Under the pieces are notes generated by a model. It was not told where the DNA came from and did not search any database. It saw nothing but the letters and a program-made list of their open reading frames with translations. From a bacterium (GTDB lineage: Bacteria > Actinomycetota > Acidimicrobiia > Acidimicrobiales > Bin134), in the NCBI GenBank assembly GCA_026709025.1, contig JAPOTT010000011.1, positions 128 to 64,127 of the forward strand: a stretch of DNA of 64,000 bases. The letters are read 5' to 3'. The position numbers and the translations under genes are program-made. This document shows, piece by piece, positions 38,356 through 47,187 of the stretch; the first letter of the stretch is position 1; every line of letters begins with the position of its first letter.

Positions 38356-39690
38356 ATGGAACCTCAAAAAGATTATGTACTGCGAACGGTAGAGGAGCGC
38401 GGTGTGCGCCTCATCCGCCTCTGGTTTACCGATGTGTTGGGCCAACTCAAGTCGGTGGCTATCTCCCCGGCGGAGCTAGCCGATGCCTTTGAAGAGGGCT
38501 TGCAGTTTGATGGTTCGGCTATAGACGGTTTTTCTCGAGTGCAAGAGAGCGACGTTTTGGCCGTGCCCGATGCATCTACCTTCGAGCTGCTGCCATGGGC
38601 CGACCCCGATGAACCTTCAGGCCGTATTTTTTGCGATATCCGCAACCCAGACGGCACTCCTTTTGCAGGCGATCCTCGCTGGGTGTTACGCCGCACGCTA
38701 GCTAAAGCGGCTGAGATGGGTTACACCTTCTACACCGCGCCCGAGGTGGAGTTCTTTTACTTTCAAGACAGCAACCCAAATGCGCCTCTTGTGCCAGTGG
38801 ACAACGCCTCATATTTCGATCTGACCACCGCCGATGTTGCTAGCCCGCTGCGCAAGCGCACCATCGGCATGTTAGAGGCTATGGGCATCCCTGTGGAGTA
38901 CTCCTTTCATGAGGACAGCCCTAGCCAACATGAGATAGATTTGCGCTACACAGAAGCTCTTAGCATGGCAGACAACGTAATGACCTTGCGCTTGGTGGTG
39001 AGAAAGCTTGCGTTGGATCGCAACCTACACGCTACCTTTATGCCAAAACCGCTAAACGGGGTGCAGGGCTCGGGCATGCACACTCACATGTCTTTGTTCG
39101 AAAACGACGTGAACGCCTTTTACGATGCGGGCCACAGTTATGGCTTGTCAAAAACGGCCCAAAGCTTCATTGCCGGGCTGCTGATTTATGCACGGGAGAT
39201 AACTGCGGTAACCAATCAGCTAGTTAACAGCTATAAGCGCCTTGTGGTGGGCGATGAGGCACCTACTTTTGTGTCTTGGGCCCGTAACAACCGGTCTGCG
39301 CTAGTGCGAGTGCCGGTGGTAAAGCCTGGCAAGGAGTCGTCCACCCGCATTGAGTACCGAGCCCTAGATTCGGCTGCCAATCCCTATTTGGCTTTTTCTG
39401 TTATGTTGGCCGCAGGGCTAAAAGGTGTTGAGGAAGGCTACGAACTGACTCCTGAGGCTGCCACCGATCTTTACACCACCTCTAAAGAAACAGCGCGCGC
39501 TACTGGTTTAGAGGAGCTTCCCATGTCGTTATCTGAAGCTTTAGATGCGTTGGAGTCGTCGCCGCTCATGGCAGAGGTTTTAGGAGAGCACATTCACGAA
39601 TGGTTCCTGCGTAACAAGCGGGCTGAGTACAGCGAGTTTCGTCAAGAGGTTACTGCTTTTGAGTTGCGTCGCTACCTGAATACTTGGTGA
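38356..39690 (+). CDS. glnA2: Glutamine synthetase family protein (GlnA2, GSI-alpha-like)
   Basis: IRLWFTDVLG, FDGSAIDGF, FMPKP..GVQGSGMHTH, NNRSALVRVP; lacks the adenylylation-loop sequence. Confidence 0.9.
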   Translation: MEPQKDYVLRTVEERGVRLIRLWFTDVLGQLKSVAISPAELADAFEEGLQFDGSAIDGFSRVQESDVLAVPDASTFELLPWADPDEPSGRIFCDIRNPDGTPFAGDPRWVLRRTLAKAAEMGYTFYTAPEVEFFYFQDSNPNAPLVPVDNASYFDLTTADVASPLRKRTIGMLEAMGIPVEYSFHEDSPSQHEIDLRYTEALSMADNVMTLRLVVRKLALDRNLHATFMPKPLNGVQGSGMHTHMSLFENDVNAFYDAGHSYGLSKTAQSFIAGLLIYAREITAVTNQLVNSYKRLVVGDEAPTFVSWARNNRSALVRVPVVKPGKESSTRIEYRALDSAANPYLAFSVMLAAGLKGVEEGYELTPEAATDLYTTSKETARATGLEELPMSLSEALDALESSPLMAEVLGEHIHEWFLRNKRAEYSEFRQEVTAFELRRYLNTW

Positions 39691-40364
39691 TGGCAGATCC
39701 ACTTTTGGTTTACCCCGATCCGCCGCCGCCTGAGTTGGTAAGGACTTTGGATCTTGGCTGCTTCAACTGGATGGTGGTTGATAGTGCCAAAAGCCCTGAG
39801 GGGCGTTACGTAGGCGCGGTGGTGTCGGTAGATGAGAGCCCTGAAGATGCGTTTGCTTTTTGTCGTGCCCTGAATCGACGTGGCTTGGATATTCCAGTTT
39901 TGATGTTGGTGTCGGGCAGTTTGTTGCAAGAACTTGATTTGCGTGACGATCTCTTTACGGATTTCTGCATCACGCCGTTTCATCAAAGGGAGTTAGAGGC
40001 CAGGCTAGCTCACCTTGTATGGCGTTCTGGTACCCCACTGCGTCCTGAATTAATTGAATACGGCCCCCTAATGCTCAACGTGGAAACCTATCAGGCATCC
40101 ATAAACGGCAAACCCTTAGATCTCACCTACATGGAGTATGAGCTGTTGAAGTTCTTAGCTAGCTCCCCGGGCAAGGTATTCACCAGAGACACGCTTTTGA
40201 GCCGAGTGTGGGGTTACGACTACTTTGGCGGTGCCCGAACTGTAGATGTGCATGTTCGACGCCTCAGATCCAAACTTGGCGAAGAGCACGCCAGCCTCCT
40301 AGCGACAGTCCGGTCGGTAGGCTACCGCTTTGGCCTCTCCCGCTGGGACAGACAAGCAAGCTAA
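39690..40364 (+). CDS. glnR: OmpR-family orphan response regulator, GlnR-like
   Basis: Degenerate receiver domain; LDLTYMEYELLKFL...VWGYDYFGGARTVDVHVRRLRSKLG; TGATG coupling to glnA2. Confidence 0.8.
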   Translation: MADPLLVYPDPPPPELVRTLDLGCFNWMVVDSAKSPEGRYVGAVVSVDESPEDAFAFCRALNRRGLDIPVLMLVSGSLLQELDLRDDLFTDFCITPFHQRELEARLAHLVWRSGTPLRPELIEYGPLMLNVETYQASINGKPLDLTYMEYELLKFLASSPGKVFTRDTLLSRVWGYDYFGGARTVDVHVRRLRSKLGEEHASLLATVRSVGYRFGLSRWDRQAS

Positions 40365-40401
40365 AACTCCCCTGTGTGCTATATCTATGTTTGTGCGTGG
40401 T

Positions 40402-40459
40402 GGGTTGAGGATTGGGGGGTTAGGAGTTGGTGGGGTTAGGAGTGGGGGGGGGGTTAGGG
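40402..40459 (+). repeat. G-tract repeat (GGGGTTAGG-like x3, with a G10 run); potential G-quadruplex
   Basis: GGG-n9-G6-n12-G4-n8-G10-TTA-GGG between convergent glnR and ridA. Confidence 0.7.
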
Positions 40460-40801
40460 TTTGTGTGCCCAGAGTTCTACCTCAACTGCTGCACCTAGGG
40501 GGAGGGCTGCTACGCCCACTGCTGAGCGGGCCGGGCGGGCTTCGCCAAAGCATTCCATGTACATCTCGTTCATGGTGCCAAAATCGTCCATGTCAACCAA
40601 GAACACCGTCACCTTCACCACATCGTCTAGCGTTGCTTGGTGTGTAGCTAGAACAGCTTCAGCATTGGCCATGGCTTGGCGGAATTGAGCTGGCAGCCCT
40701 CCTGCTACAAGCGAGCCTTGGGCAATGCCAATTTGGCCCGAACAGATAAGCAGGTCGCCTGAGCGAACTATGGGAGAATACGGGCCAACTGGAATGCTCA
40801 T
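40454..40801 (-). CDS. ridA: RidA/YjgF/UK114 family enamine deaminase
   Basis: GPYSP, CSGQIG, VVKVTVFL, MNEMY..F...RPARSAVGVAALPLGAAVEVE. Confidence 0.92.
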   Translation of the reverse strand: MSIPVGPYSPIVRSGDLLICSGQIGIAQGSLVAGGLPAQFRQAMANAEAVLATHQATLDDVVKVTVFLVDMDDFGTMNEMYMECFGEARPARSAVGVAALPLGAAVEVELWAHKP

Positions 40802-40911
40802 AGTATGAGATATTATGAAACCTGAACACTCCAGCCCGCACAATAGCGAAAGTCACAGCCACGAGATTCGCCCCCACTAGTTTCATAGCCACGAAAGTTA
40901 CAGCCGAGCCC

Positions 40912-43689
40912 ATGCCCAGCCAAGATGTCTACACCCAAGATATTGAATCCCTAATCGCTGCTAGCCCGTGGCCAACCGAAGCTCGTAGCTTGATTGAGCA
41001 CTTGGGTGTTACCAGCGAACGTCAGGCCCGAGCTGTGGCAATGTTGGCCGGGGCTTCACGTAGCATGAGCAGCGCTCTGCGGCGCGATCAGAGCCTGCTC
41101 GGCGTTTTAGATCCTCCCGCCGAGTTCTCCGCAGAAAAAACAACCCTGAAGGCTCCCCAAGATGTCGATTCCCTAGACGGTTTGCGTCGGTGGAAGCGTC
41201 GCCAACTGATGCGTATAGCTCTGCGCGACCTGCTGGGCGAGGCCGACCTAGCAACCGTGGGCAGGGAGCTGTCTGTGTTGGCTCAAGCTTGCTTTGCTCG
41301 TGCGCTAGAGATAGCTAACGAAGGCCCACCTCTGGCCATAATCGGCATGGGCAAGCTAGGTGGCAGCGAGCTGAACTATGCAAGCGATGTGGACATTGTG
41401 TTTGTGCATGACGGTAACACTGCTGATGCGGTGCGTAGGGCACGCAAGGTGGTGCAGACCTTAACCGACTTCACCAGCGAAGGGATTGTGTATCGGGTAG
41501 ACACAGATTTGCGCCCAGACGGGCAAACCGGTTCTCTCAGCCTGCCCCCAGAGGCGTATCAGCACTACTTTGAGCAGCGTGCCCACGCATGGGAGAGGCA
41601 GGCTTACATTAAAACCAGCCTTTGTGCGGGCGATTCTCAAGTTGCAAACGCTTTTTTTGATGCCATCCGCCCAGGGGTGTGGGAGGAGAACTTGGCCGAG
41701 GGCACGGTTGGGTCTCTACAGACCATGAAACAGCGGGTGGAGGAGTCTGCTAAGCACAAAGGTGATCGCGAGCTCAAAAAAGGCCCTGGCGGTCTTAGAG
41801 ATATTGAGTTCACTGTGCAGTTGCTGCAACTTGTACATGGCCGCACCGACCGCACTATCCGCTCTCCAAACACCTTGACTGCGCTGCGTCAGCTGAGCTG
41901 GGGTAACTACATCGACCAAGCCGATGCTGTGCATTTCACCACCGCTTACATCCACCTACGTACCGTAGAGCACAGGTTGCAGTTGCGCGATGAGCGACAA
42001 ACCCACGAACTACCCACCGAAACCGCAGATATGCAATGGGCTGCTCGAGCCGCAGGGTTTGCCAACTTAGAGGAGTTTCAAGCCTCACATAGTCGCCATC
42101 AGGCTTCGGTGCGCGAGATACACGAGCGCGTCTTTTACCGTCAAACCCTCAACAGGATGCACAATACCGGCTTGGTTACAGAGCTGCGTCCAGCTCGTTT
42201 GGCTCAGCTTGGCTTTGACGACCCCGATAGGGCTGCTGGCACCATCGAGCGTTTGACCCAGAATCTAGGTCGCCGAGCCAACGTTATGCAGCAGGTGTTG
42301 GTGATAATGGTAGAGGCTTTAGCCACCACTCCAGACCCCGACCTTGGCCTAGTGCGACTGGCCTGGTTGCTAGACGGCAACTATAGGGTGAGCGCCATCT
42401 TGCCGGTGTTGCGCGATTCGCCCATTGCTATTAGCGGTATTGCCCGCTTGTTGGGTTCCAGCAAGGTTGCTGCGGGTTTGTTGCGCAACACCCCCGATTT
42501 TGCCCGAAACCTTATGGGCGCCGATGCCTTAGCGGAACCCCGTGTAGCCAAAGAATTAGCTGTTGAGGCAATCCAAGCCATCGCCAGCCCTGCTAACGCT
42601 GCTGGCTCTGCCTCCAACCAACCTGCCAGCCCTGCTAACGCTCAAGTCAACACTCAACCCTCTGATAAAGCGGATATCCAAGCTATGCAGATGGCTGAAC
42701 TGCGCCGTTTTGTGTGCTACGAACAGCTAAGGGTGGCAGCCAGAGATATCTTGGGTTTGGCTTCAGTGGTGCAAATCCCCGAAGAACTATCGGTGTTGGC
42801 CGATGCTGCGGTGGCAGCAGCCATCGAGTCTCTACAGCCAGAGGTGCCGTTTGCGGTGATTGGGCTAGGTCGCTATGGCGGATTAGACCTCTCGTATGCT
42901 TCAGATCTAGATGTGATTTTTGTATATCACGGCACTGGCGCCGAAGAGGCCCGGAGTGCTGCTCGCACCGCTCGGGGGTTGCTTCAGCAGATAGGTGCCC
43001 AAACAGCCCAAGGGCGAGTGTGGGAGATAGATGCTCGATTGCGTCCTGAAGGCGAAAACGGCCAGCTCGCTCGCTCTGTAGGAGGGTACGAACGGTACTA
43101 CAAAGAGCGTGGGCAACTCTGGGAGCGTCAAGCCCTGCTCAAGCGCCGTTTTGTGGGAGGCGACCCAGCATTGGGCGAGCGTTTTTTAGAGCTTGTAGAT
43201 GGGTGGTGCTACCAGCCGAGCTTTAGCGATACTGAAGTAGCTGAGGTGCGCGCCATGAAGCGAAGAATTGAATCTGAACGGCTGGGCATCGGTAGCAAAG
43301 CCAAAGATGTGAAGCTAGGTGCTGGTGGCCTTAGCGACATTGAGTTCACCGTTCAGCTTCTGCAACTCCAACATGGCTACAACCACCCCTTAGTACGCGA
43401 CAACCGTACCCTCGCCGCATTAGCTGCACTGGCTAACCACGATCTGCTATCGGGTGGAGATCGAGCAACTTTAGAGGTGGGCTACCGCTTTTGTCAGCGA
43501 TTTCGTAACGCTCGCTATCACCTGTCGGGTTTGGCTTCTGATGTGTTTCCAACAGATGCCCACGAGGAGAGATTGTTAGCTCGTAGGCTTAACTATGACA
43601 CCGTGGCCGACATGCAAGCCGATTACGCCGACATCACAGCTCAAGTAAGAGAGGCAACACAGCGGCTCTTCTACGGTAGTGCGGAGTAG
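40912..43689 (+). CDS. glnE: Bifunctional glutamine synthetase adenylyltransferase/adenylyl-removing enzyme
   Basis: Two nucleotidyltransferase domains (GMGKLGGSELNYASDVD; GLGRYGGLDLSYASDLD), DLRPDG/RLRPEG, GGLRDIEF/GGLSDIEF. Confidence 0.96.
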   Translation: MPSQDVYTQDIESLIAASPWPTEARSLIEHLGVTSERQARAVAMLAGASRSMSSALRRDQSLLGVLDPPAEFSAEKTTLKAPQDVDSLDGLRRWKRRQLMRIALRDLLGEADLATVGRELSVLAQACFARALEIANEGPPLAIIGMGKLGGSELNYASDVDIVFVHDGNTADAVRRARKVVQTLTDFTSEGIVYRVDTDLRPDGQTGSLSLPPEAYQHYFEQRAHAWERQAYIKTSLCAGDSQVANAFFDAIRPGVWEENLAEGTVGSLQTMKQRVEESAKHKGDRELKKGPGGLRDIEFTVQLLQLVHGRTDRTIRSPNTLTALRQLSWGNYIDQADAVHFTTAYIHLRTVEHRLQLRDERQTHELPTETADMQWAARAAGFANLEEFQASHSRHQASVREIHERVFYRQTLNRMHNTGLVTELRPARLAQLGFDDPDRAAGTIERLTQNLGRRANVMQQVLVIMVEALATTPDPDLGLVRLAWLLDGNYRVSAILPVLRDSPIAISGIARLLGSSKVAAGLLRNTPDFARNLMGADALAEPRVAKELAVEAIQAIASPANAAGSASNQPASPANAQVNTQPSDKADIQAMQMAELRRFVCYEQLRVAARDILGLASVVQIPEELSVLADAAVAAAIESLQPEVPFAVIGLGRYGGLDLSYASDLDVIFVYHGTGAEEARSAARTARGLLQQIGAQTAQGRVWEIDARLRPEGENGQLARSVGGYERYYKERGQLWERQALLKRRFVGGDPALGERFLELVDGWCYQPSFSDTEVAEVRAMKRRIESERLGIGSKAKDVKLGAGGLSDIEFTVQLLQLQHGYNHPLVRDNRTLAALAALANHDLLSGGDRATLEVGYRFCQRFRNARYHLSGLASDVFPTDAHEERLLARRLNYDTVADMQADYADITAQVREATQRLFYGSAE

Positions 43690-45366
43690 TTACGGTGTTG
43701 AGGGGTAGTGCTTTAGCCCATCGCTTGCCAATTCGCCGGTAGGCCAATCGGCGAGGTAGCCCCCGGCACGCCATGTTTCAGCAGCTACGGCTGTAAAAAC
43801 AGCATCGGAGCCGTTTACTGGACGACTCTGGCTTGGCTCAATCTCCACTTCAACCGGCGGCATCTTAGCTGCTGAAACAATTCCAAAAGAGCGTACCGTG
43901 AGGTCGTGTACCTCACCGGTTGTGTCCACGCAAAGCGCCTCTGAGGTAACCCAGCTATAGGCCATGTGCGCCGCGCCCACACAGTAAGAACGCAACACAA
44001 CCTCATCTAGCACTACCCCACAACGCACTCTTACTTGCAACTTACCGTTATGCCATTGTGCTGTGGCCTGGCCACCGCCGGGTGAAGAGAACCACCGTTC
44101 GTCGGCACCTTGTTCTGTAGCCCCCAAAGCACTTAAAGCCACAGCGGCCTCAACCCAACCGGCACCTCGAAGCGCGCACGATGTGGGTGGGCCCGCAACA
44201 TCTGCTTCTTCTATCTGTAGCTGCGGCGCAACCGCTGCTACAGCTTCGGCTATTTCGGCCGTGCGAGCAACCCTCATTACACCGTAGCCATCGCTAGCAA
44301 TACCAATAGCCACAGGCGGACGCTTAGGGCCGAAACGCACGGTATCTTCGCGTGACCACAAAACCCGAACCGCTCGTCCATGCGTGTTGGCCAAGCTACG
44401 AGCCACCTCACCTACAGGCGAAATAGTCTTGCCGCCAAATGCACCACCATTGGCTAGCGGGCTAGCTGGCTCTGCGCCCGGTACACACCAAGCAGCATCT
44501 GTTTCTAGATAGGCAGGCTCAACCCAAGATGTGCGAAGCCGCACAGCCCAATCACCTTCGGGAAACTCCAGTGGCATCTTATGAGCAACAGGGGTGCGCC
44601 GCCCTTGTATGCGGCCAGCCAATGCGCGGGCTTCGCTGAGCGTTTCTCCCACAACCCATCGGCCTTGGCCATTCAATAGAGCAACCAAAGCATTGTCGGG
44701 CGCAGCATCAGCAGCAAAGCCAGCTTGCCCTAGCGCTACCTGTGGCCCTACCGTTTGTGGGGTGCCACCTTCAAGCTGCGCCCGCTCGCTAGCTGTCGCC
44801 CAGTCTCGTTTGGCACTGCTGTGCTTTGTACCTGCTTCAATTTGGTTGCCTAAACCCGCTTTAGCATCTTTAGCGCCGCCACCGTTGTTCTCCAAGCCTG
44901 CTTCAAAGCAATCCCAAGCATTCAAGATGGTGCGCCAACCGGTGCAGCGACACAGATGTGCGGCTAGAGCATTGTTTATTCCATCCACATCGGGCGATGG
45001 TGTTGCGGTGTGCTGTGATTTGGTGTGTTGTTTGCGTAATCCTGCTAGGCGCATGATGATGCCTGGAGTGCAAAACCCGCATTGGCTAGCGCCGCTACCA
45101 CAAAACGCTTCAGCCCAAGCTGCTCGCTCGGTGGCCTCAAGCCCCTCTATGGTGGTTATTGCACGCCCGGCCACCCGCCGCGCTGGCGTTACGCACGAAA
45201 CTCGGGGTTTGCCATCTACCCAAACGGTGCAACAACCGCATTGTCCTTGTGGGCTACAACCATCTTTTACCGAACATATCCCAAGCTGTTCTCGCAGCAC
45301 ATCCATAAGCGAGGCACCCTTATCGGTCACCTCAACGGCTACATCGTTTATGGTGAAATGCAACAA
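43690..45366 (-). CDS. Xanthine dehydrogenase/aldehyde oxidoreductase-family fusion: two 2Fe-2S domains plus a much shortened molybdopterin-binding subunit
   Basis: KDGCSPQGQCGCCTV..SC, QCGFCTPG, CRCTGW; AYLETD, NGGAFGGK, SREDT..KR, ALRGAG. Confidence 0.8.
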   Translation of the reverse strand: MLHFTINDVAVEVTDKGASLMDVLREQLGICSVKDGCSPQGQCGCCTVWVDGKPRVSCVTPARRVAGRAITTIEGLEATERAAWAEAFCGSGASQCGFCTPGIIMRLAGLRKQHTKSQHTATPSPDVDGINNALAAHLCRCTGWRTILNAWDCFEAGLENNGGGAKDAKAGLGNQIEAGTKHSSAKRDWATASERAQLEGGTPQTVGPQVALGQAGFAADAAPDNALVALLNGQGRWVVGETLSEARALAGRIQGRRTPVAHKMPLEFPEGDWAVRLRTSWVEPAYLETDAAWCVPGAEPASPLANGGAFGGKTISPVGEVARSLANTHGRAVRVLWSREDTVRFGPKRPPVAIGIASDGYGVMRVARTAEIAEAVAAVAPQLQIEEADVAGPPTSCALRGAGWVEAAVALSALGATEQGADERWFSSPGGGQATAQWHNGKLQVRVRCGVVLDEVVLRSYCVGAAHMAYSWVTSEALCVDTTGEVHDLTVRSFGIVSAAKMPPVEVEIEPSQSRPVNGSDAVFTAVAAETWRAGGYLADWPTGELASDGLKHYPSTP

Positions 45367-45405
45367 ATCACTGCCACCAAGCCACTTTATGCGGCTACCT
45401 CAGAG

Positions 45406-45480
45406 GCTGCTTCGACAGTGATTTGCTTCGGCAGTGATCTAGCTGCTTCGACAGTGATCTGCTTTAGCAGTGATCTAGCT
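45406..45480. repeat. 36-bp tandem duplication (with 16-20-bp subunits) including the iscA stop codon
   Basis: gctgcttcgacagtgatttgcttcggcagtgatcta / gctgcttcgacagtgatctgctttagcagtgatcta. Confidence 0.85.
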
Positions 45481-45801
45481 GAAGCTCTGCCCGCAACCGC
45501 AGGTGCGTTCGGCGTTGGGGTTGGTGATGGAAAACCCTGCGTCTACAAGGCCATCTTTGTAATCCAGCACTGCTCCTTGCAGTAAAACAGCGCTCGATGA
45601 ATCCACAACCACCTTCACATCTCCAAACGAAACCTCTTCGTCTTCGGCCCCTACATCTGCGTCAAAGTACATCTCGTAGCTGAACCCCGAGCAGCCACCG
45701 GGCCGCACAGCCACCCGAAGCGCTAAGCTCTCATCGTCGGCTTGTTCTTGGCGAACCAAATCACCAACCTTGCTAGTGGCTGCATCTGTGAGCGTGATCA
45801 T
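45475..45801 (-). CDS. iscA: A-type Fe-S carrier (IscA/ErpA/HesB)
   Basis: LRVAVRPGGCSGFSY, NPNAERTCGCGQSF; TATTAT -10 box 8 nt before ATG 45801. Confidence 0.93.
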   Translation of the reverse strand: MITLTDAATSKVGDLVRQEQADDESLALRVAVRPGGCSGFSYEMYFDADVGAEDEEVSFGDVKVVVDSSSAVLLQGAVLDYKDGLVDAGFSITNPNAERTCGCGQSFS

Positions 45802-45909
45802 GGCTGCCCATAATACCGGCTTAGGGGGCTTGCAACACATCTCCTAGCGAACCCTTTTAGCCCTGTAGTTCATCTCGGCACCCACTCGCCATAATTAGAG
45901 CCCGATAGC

Positions 45910-47178
45910 ATGGTTTTGGTGAGCAACCCAACACCTGTAGTGAGCAGTCCAACCCCCGGTCAAACTCCAACGTCTCAGCCACTCGAAGCCAGCACACAAG
46001 GCCCCACATCTTTGCCTGGTGTAGAAGATGTAATGGGGGTGCTGCGTGGGGTGATCGATCCTGAGCTAGGCAGCGACATTGTAGAACTTGGCATGGCCCG
46101 CGGCGCGGTTGTGCAGCCCGATGGTTTGGTGGAGGTAAATGTGGCGCTCACCACTTCGGGCTGTCCGCTTAGGGCGCAAATTCAAAGAGATGTTCGGGCT
46201 CGAGTGGGCAACCTACCGGGGGTTACAAAGGTGAAGATTCACTGGAGCGAGCTAACTCAAGAACAAAAGGCCACAGCCATGGCTAAGGCCCGCTTCAACG
46301 TTTCTCAGAACGCTCCCGATACAACGGTGCCCACCACCACCAAAGTGGTGATGGTGGCCTCTGGAAAAGGCGGAGTTGGCAAGTCTTCCATCACCGTGAA
46401 CCTAGCTGCGGAGCTAGCTCAACGCAAGATGCGCGTGGGGGTTATGGATGCCGACATTTGGGGTTATTCAGTGCCCCGAATGCTTGGCGTAGAGGGGCGT
46501 TTGGCTGGTGTGGAGGGCGAGAAGAAGATCGTCCCTAACGAAAAGCAGGTGGGCGCTGGCGTGCTGGAGGTTGTATCCATGGGCTTTTTGGTAGACAAAG
46601 AGGAAACGGCGCTGATGTGGAGGGGCCTTATCTTGAACCGCGCTGTGAAGCATTTTTTAGAAGACGTGCGCTGGGGTCAACTAGATTACCTTTTGATTGA
46701 TATGCCTCCGGGCACTGGCGATGTGCAGATGGGTATTGCCAAGATGCTTCCTCAGGCCGAAATGGTGGTGGTAACCACGCCTGCTCGCAGCGCCCAAAAG
46801 GTAGCAGCCCGGGTGGCTTCTATGGGTCGCTCTAACTATCTGCGTATCGCCGGGGTGATAGAGAACATGAGCGAGTTTGTGGATCCGCAGGGCAATTCCT
46901 ACCCCATATTTGGTAGTGGCGGAGGCAAAGAACTGGCCGAAGAGCTAGGTGTGTCTCTGTGGGGGCAAGTGCCTATTGACGGTTCGGTGGCAACTGGCGG
47001 CGACGAGGGAACGCCTACGGTTTTGGGACAAGGCTCAGGCCCAGCCGCCCAAGCATTGCGTCAAATCGCAGATCGCCTTTTGGAAGAAATCCCGAAGATA
47101 GATATGGCGGGTTGTACGGCGCGTATCTTTGAAGCGGCTAACGAGGCTCTGGCCAACCTTGAGATTACAGCTAGCTAG
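45910..47178 (+). CDS. mrp: Mrp/ApbC/NBP35 Fe-S carrier ATPase with an N-terminal DUF59 domain
   Basis: VIDPELGSDIVELGM, TTSGCP, SGKGGVGKS, DADIWGYSVP, DMPPGTGD. Confidence 0.93.
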   Translation: MVLVSNPTPVVSSPTPGQTPTSQPLEASTQGPTSLPGVEDVMGVLRGVIDPELGSDIVELGMARGAVVQPDGLVEVNVALTTSGCPLRAQIQRDVRARVGNLPGVTKVKIHWSELTQEQKATAMAKARFNVSQNAPDTTVPTTTKVVMVASGKGGVGKSSITVNLAAELAQRKMRVGVMDADIWGYSVPRMLGVEGRLAGVEGEKKIVPNEKQVGAGVLEVVSMGFLVDKEETALMWRGLILNRAVKHFLEDVRWGQLDYLLIDMPPGTGDVQMGIAKMLPQAEMVVVTTPARSAQKVAARVASMGRSNYLRIAGVIENMSEFVDPQGNSYPIFGSGGGKELAEELGVSLWGQVPIDGSVATGGDEGTPTVLGQGSGPAAQALRQIADRLLEEIPKIDMAGCTARIFEAANEALANLEITAS

Positions 47179-47187
47179 CACGTTAAG

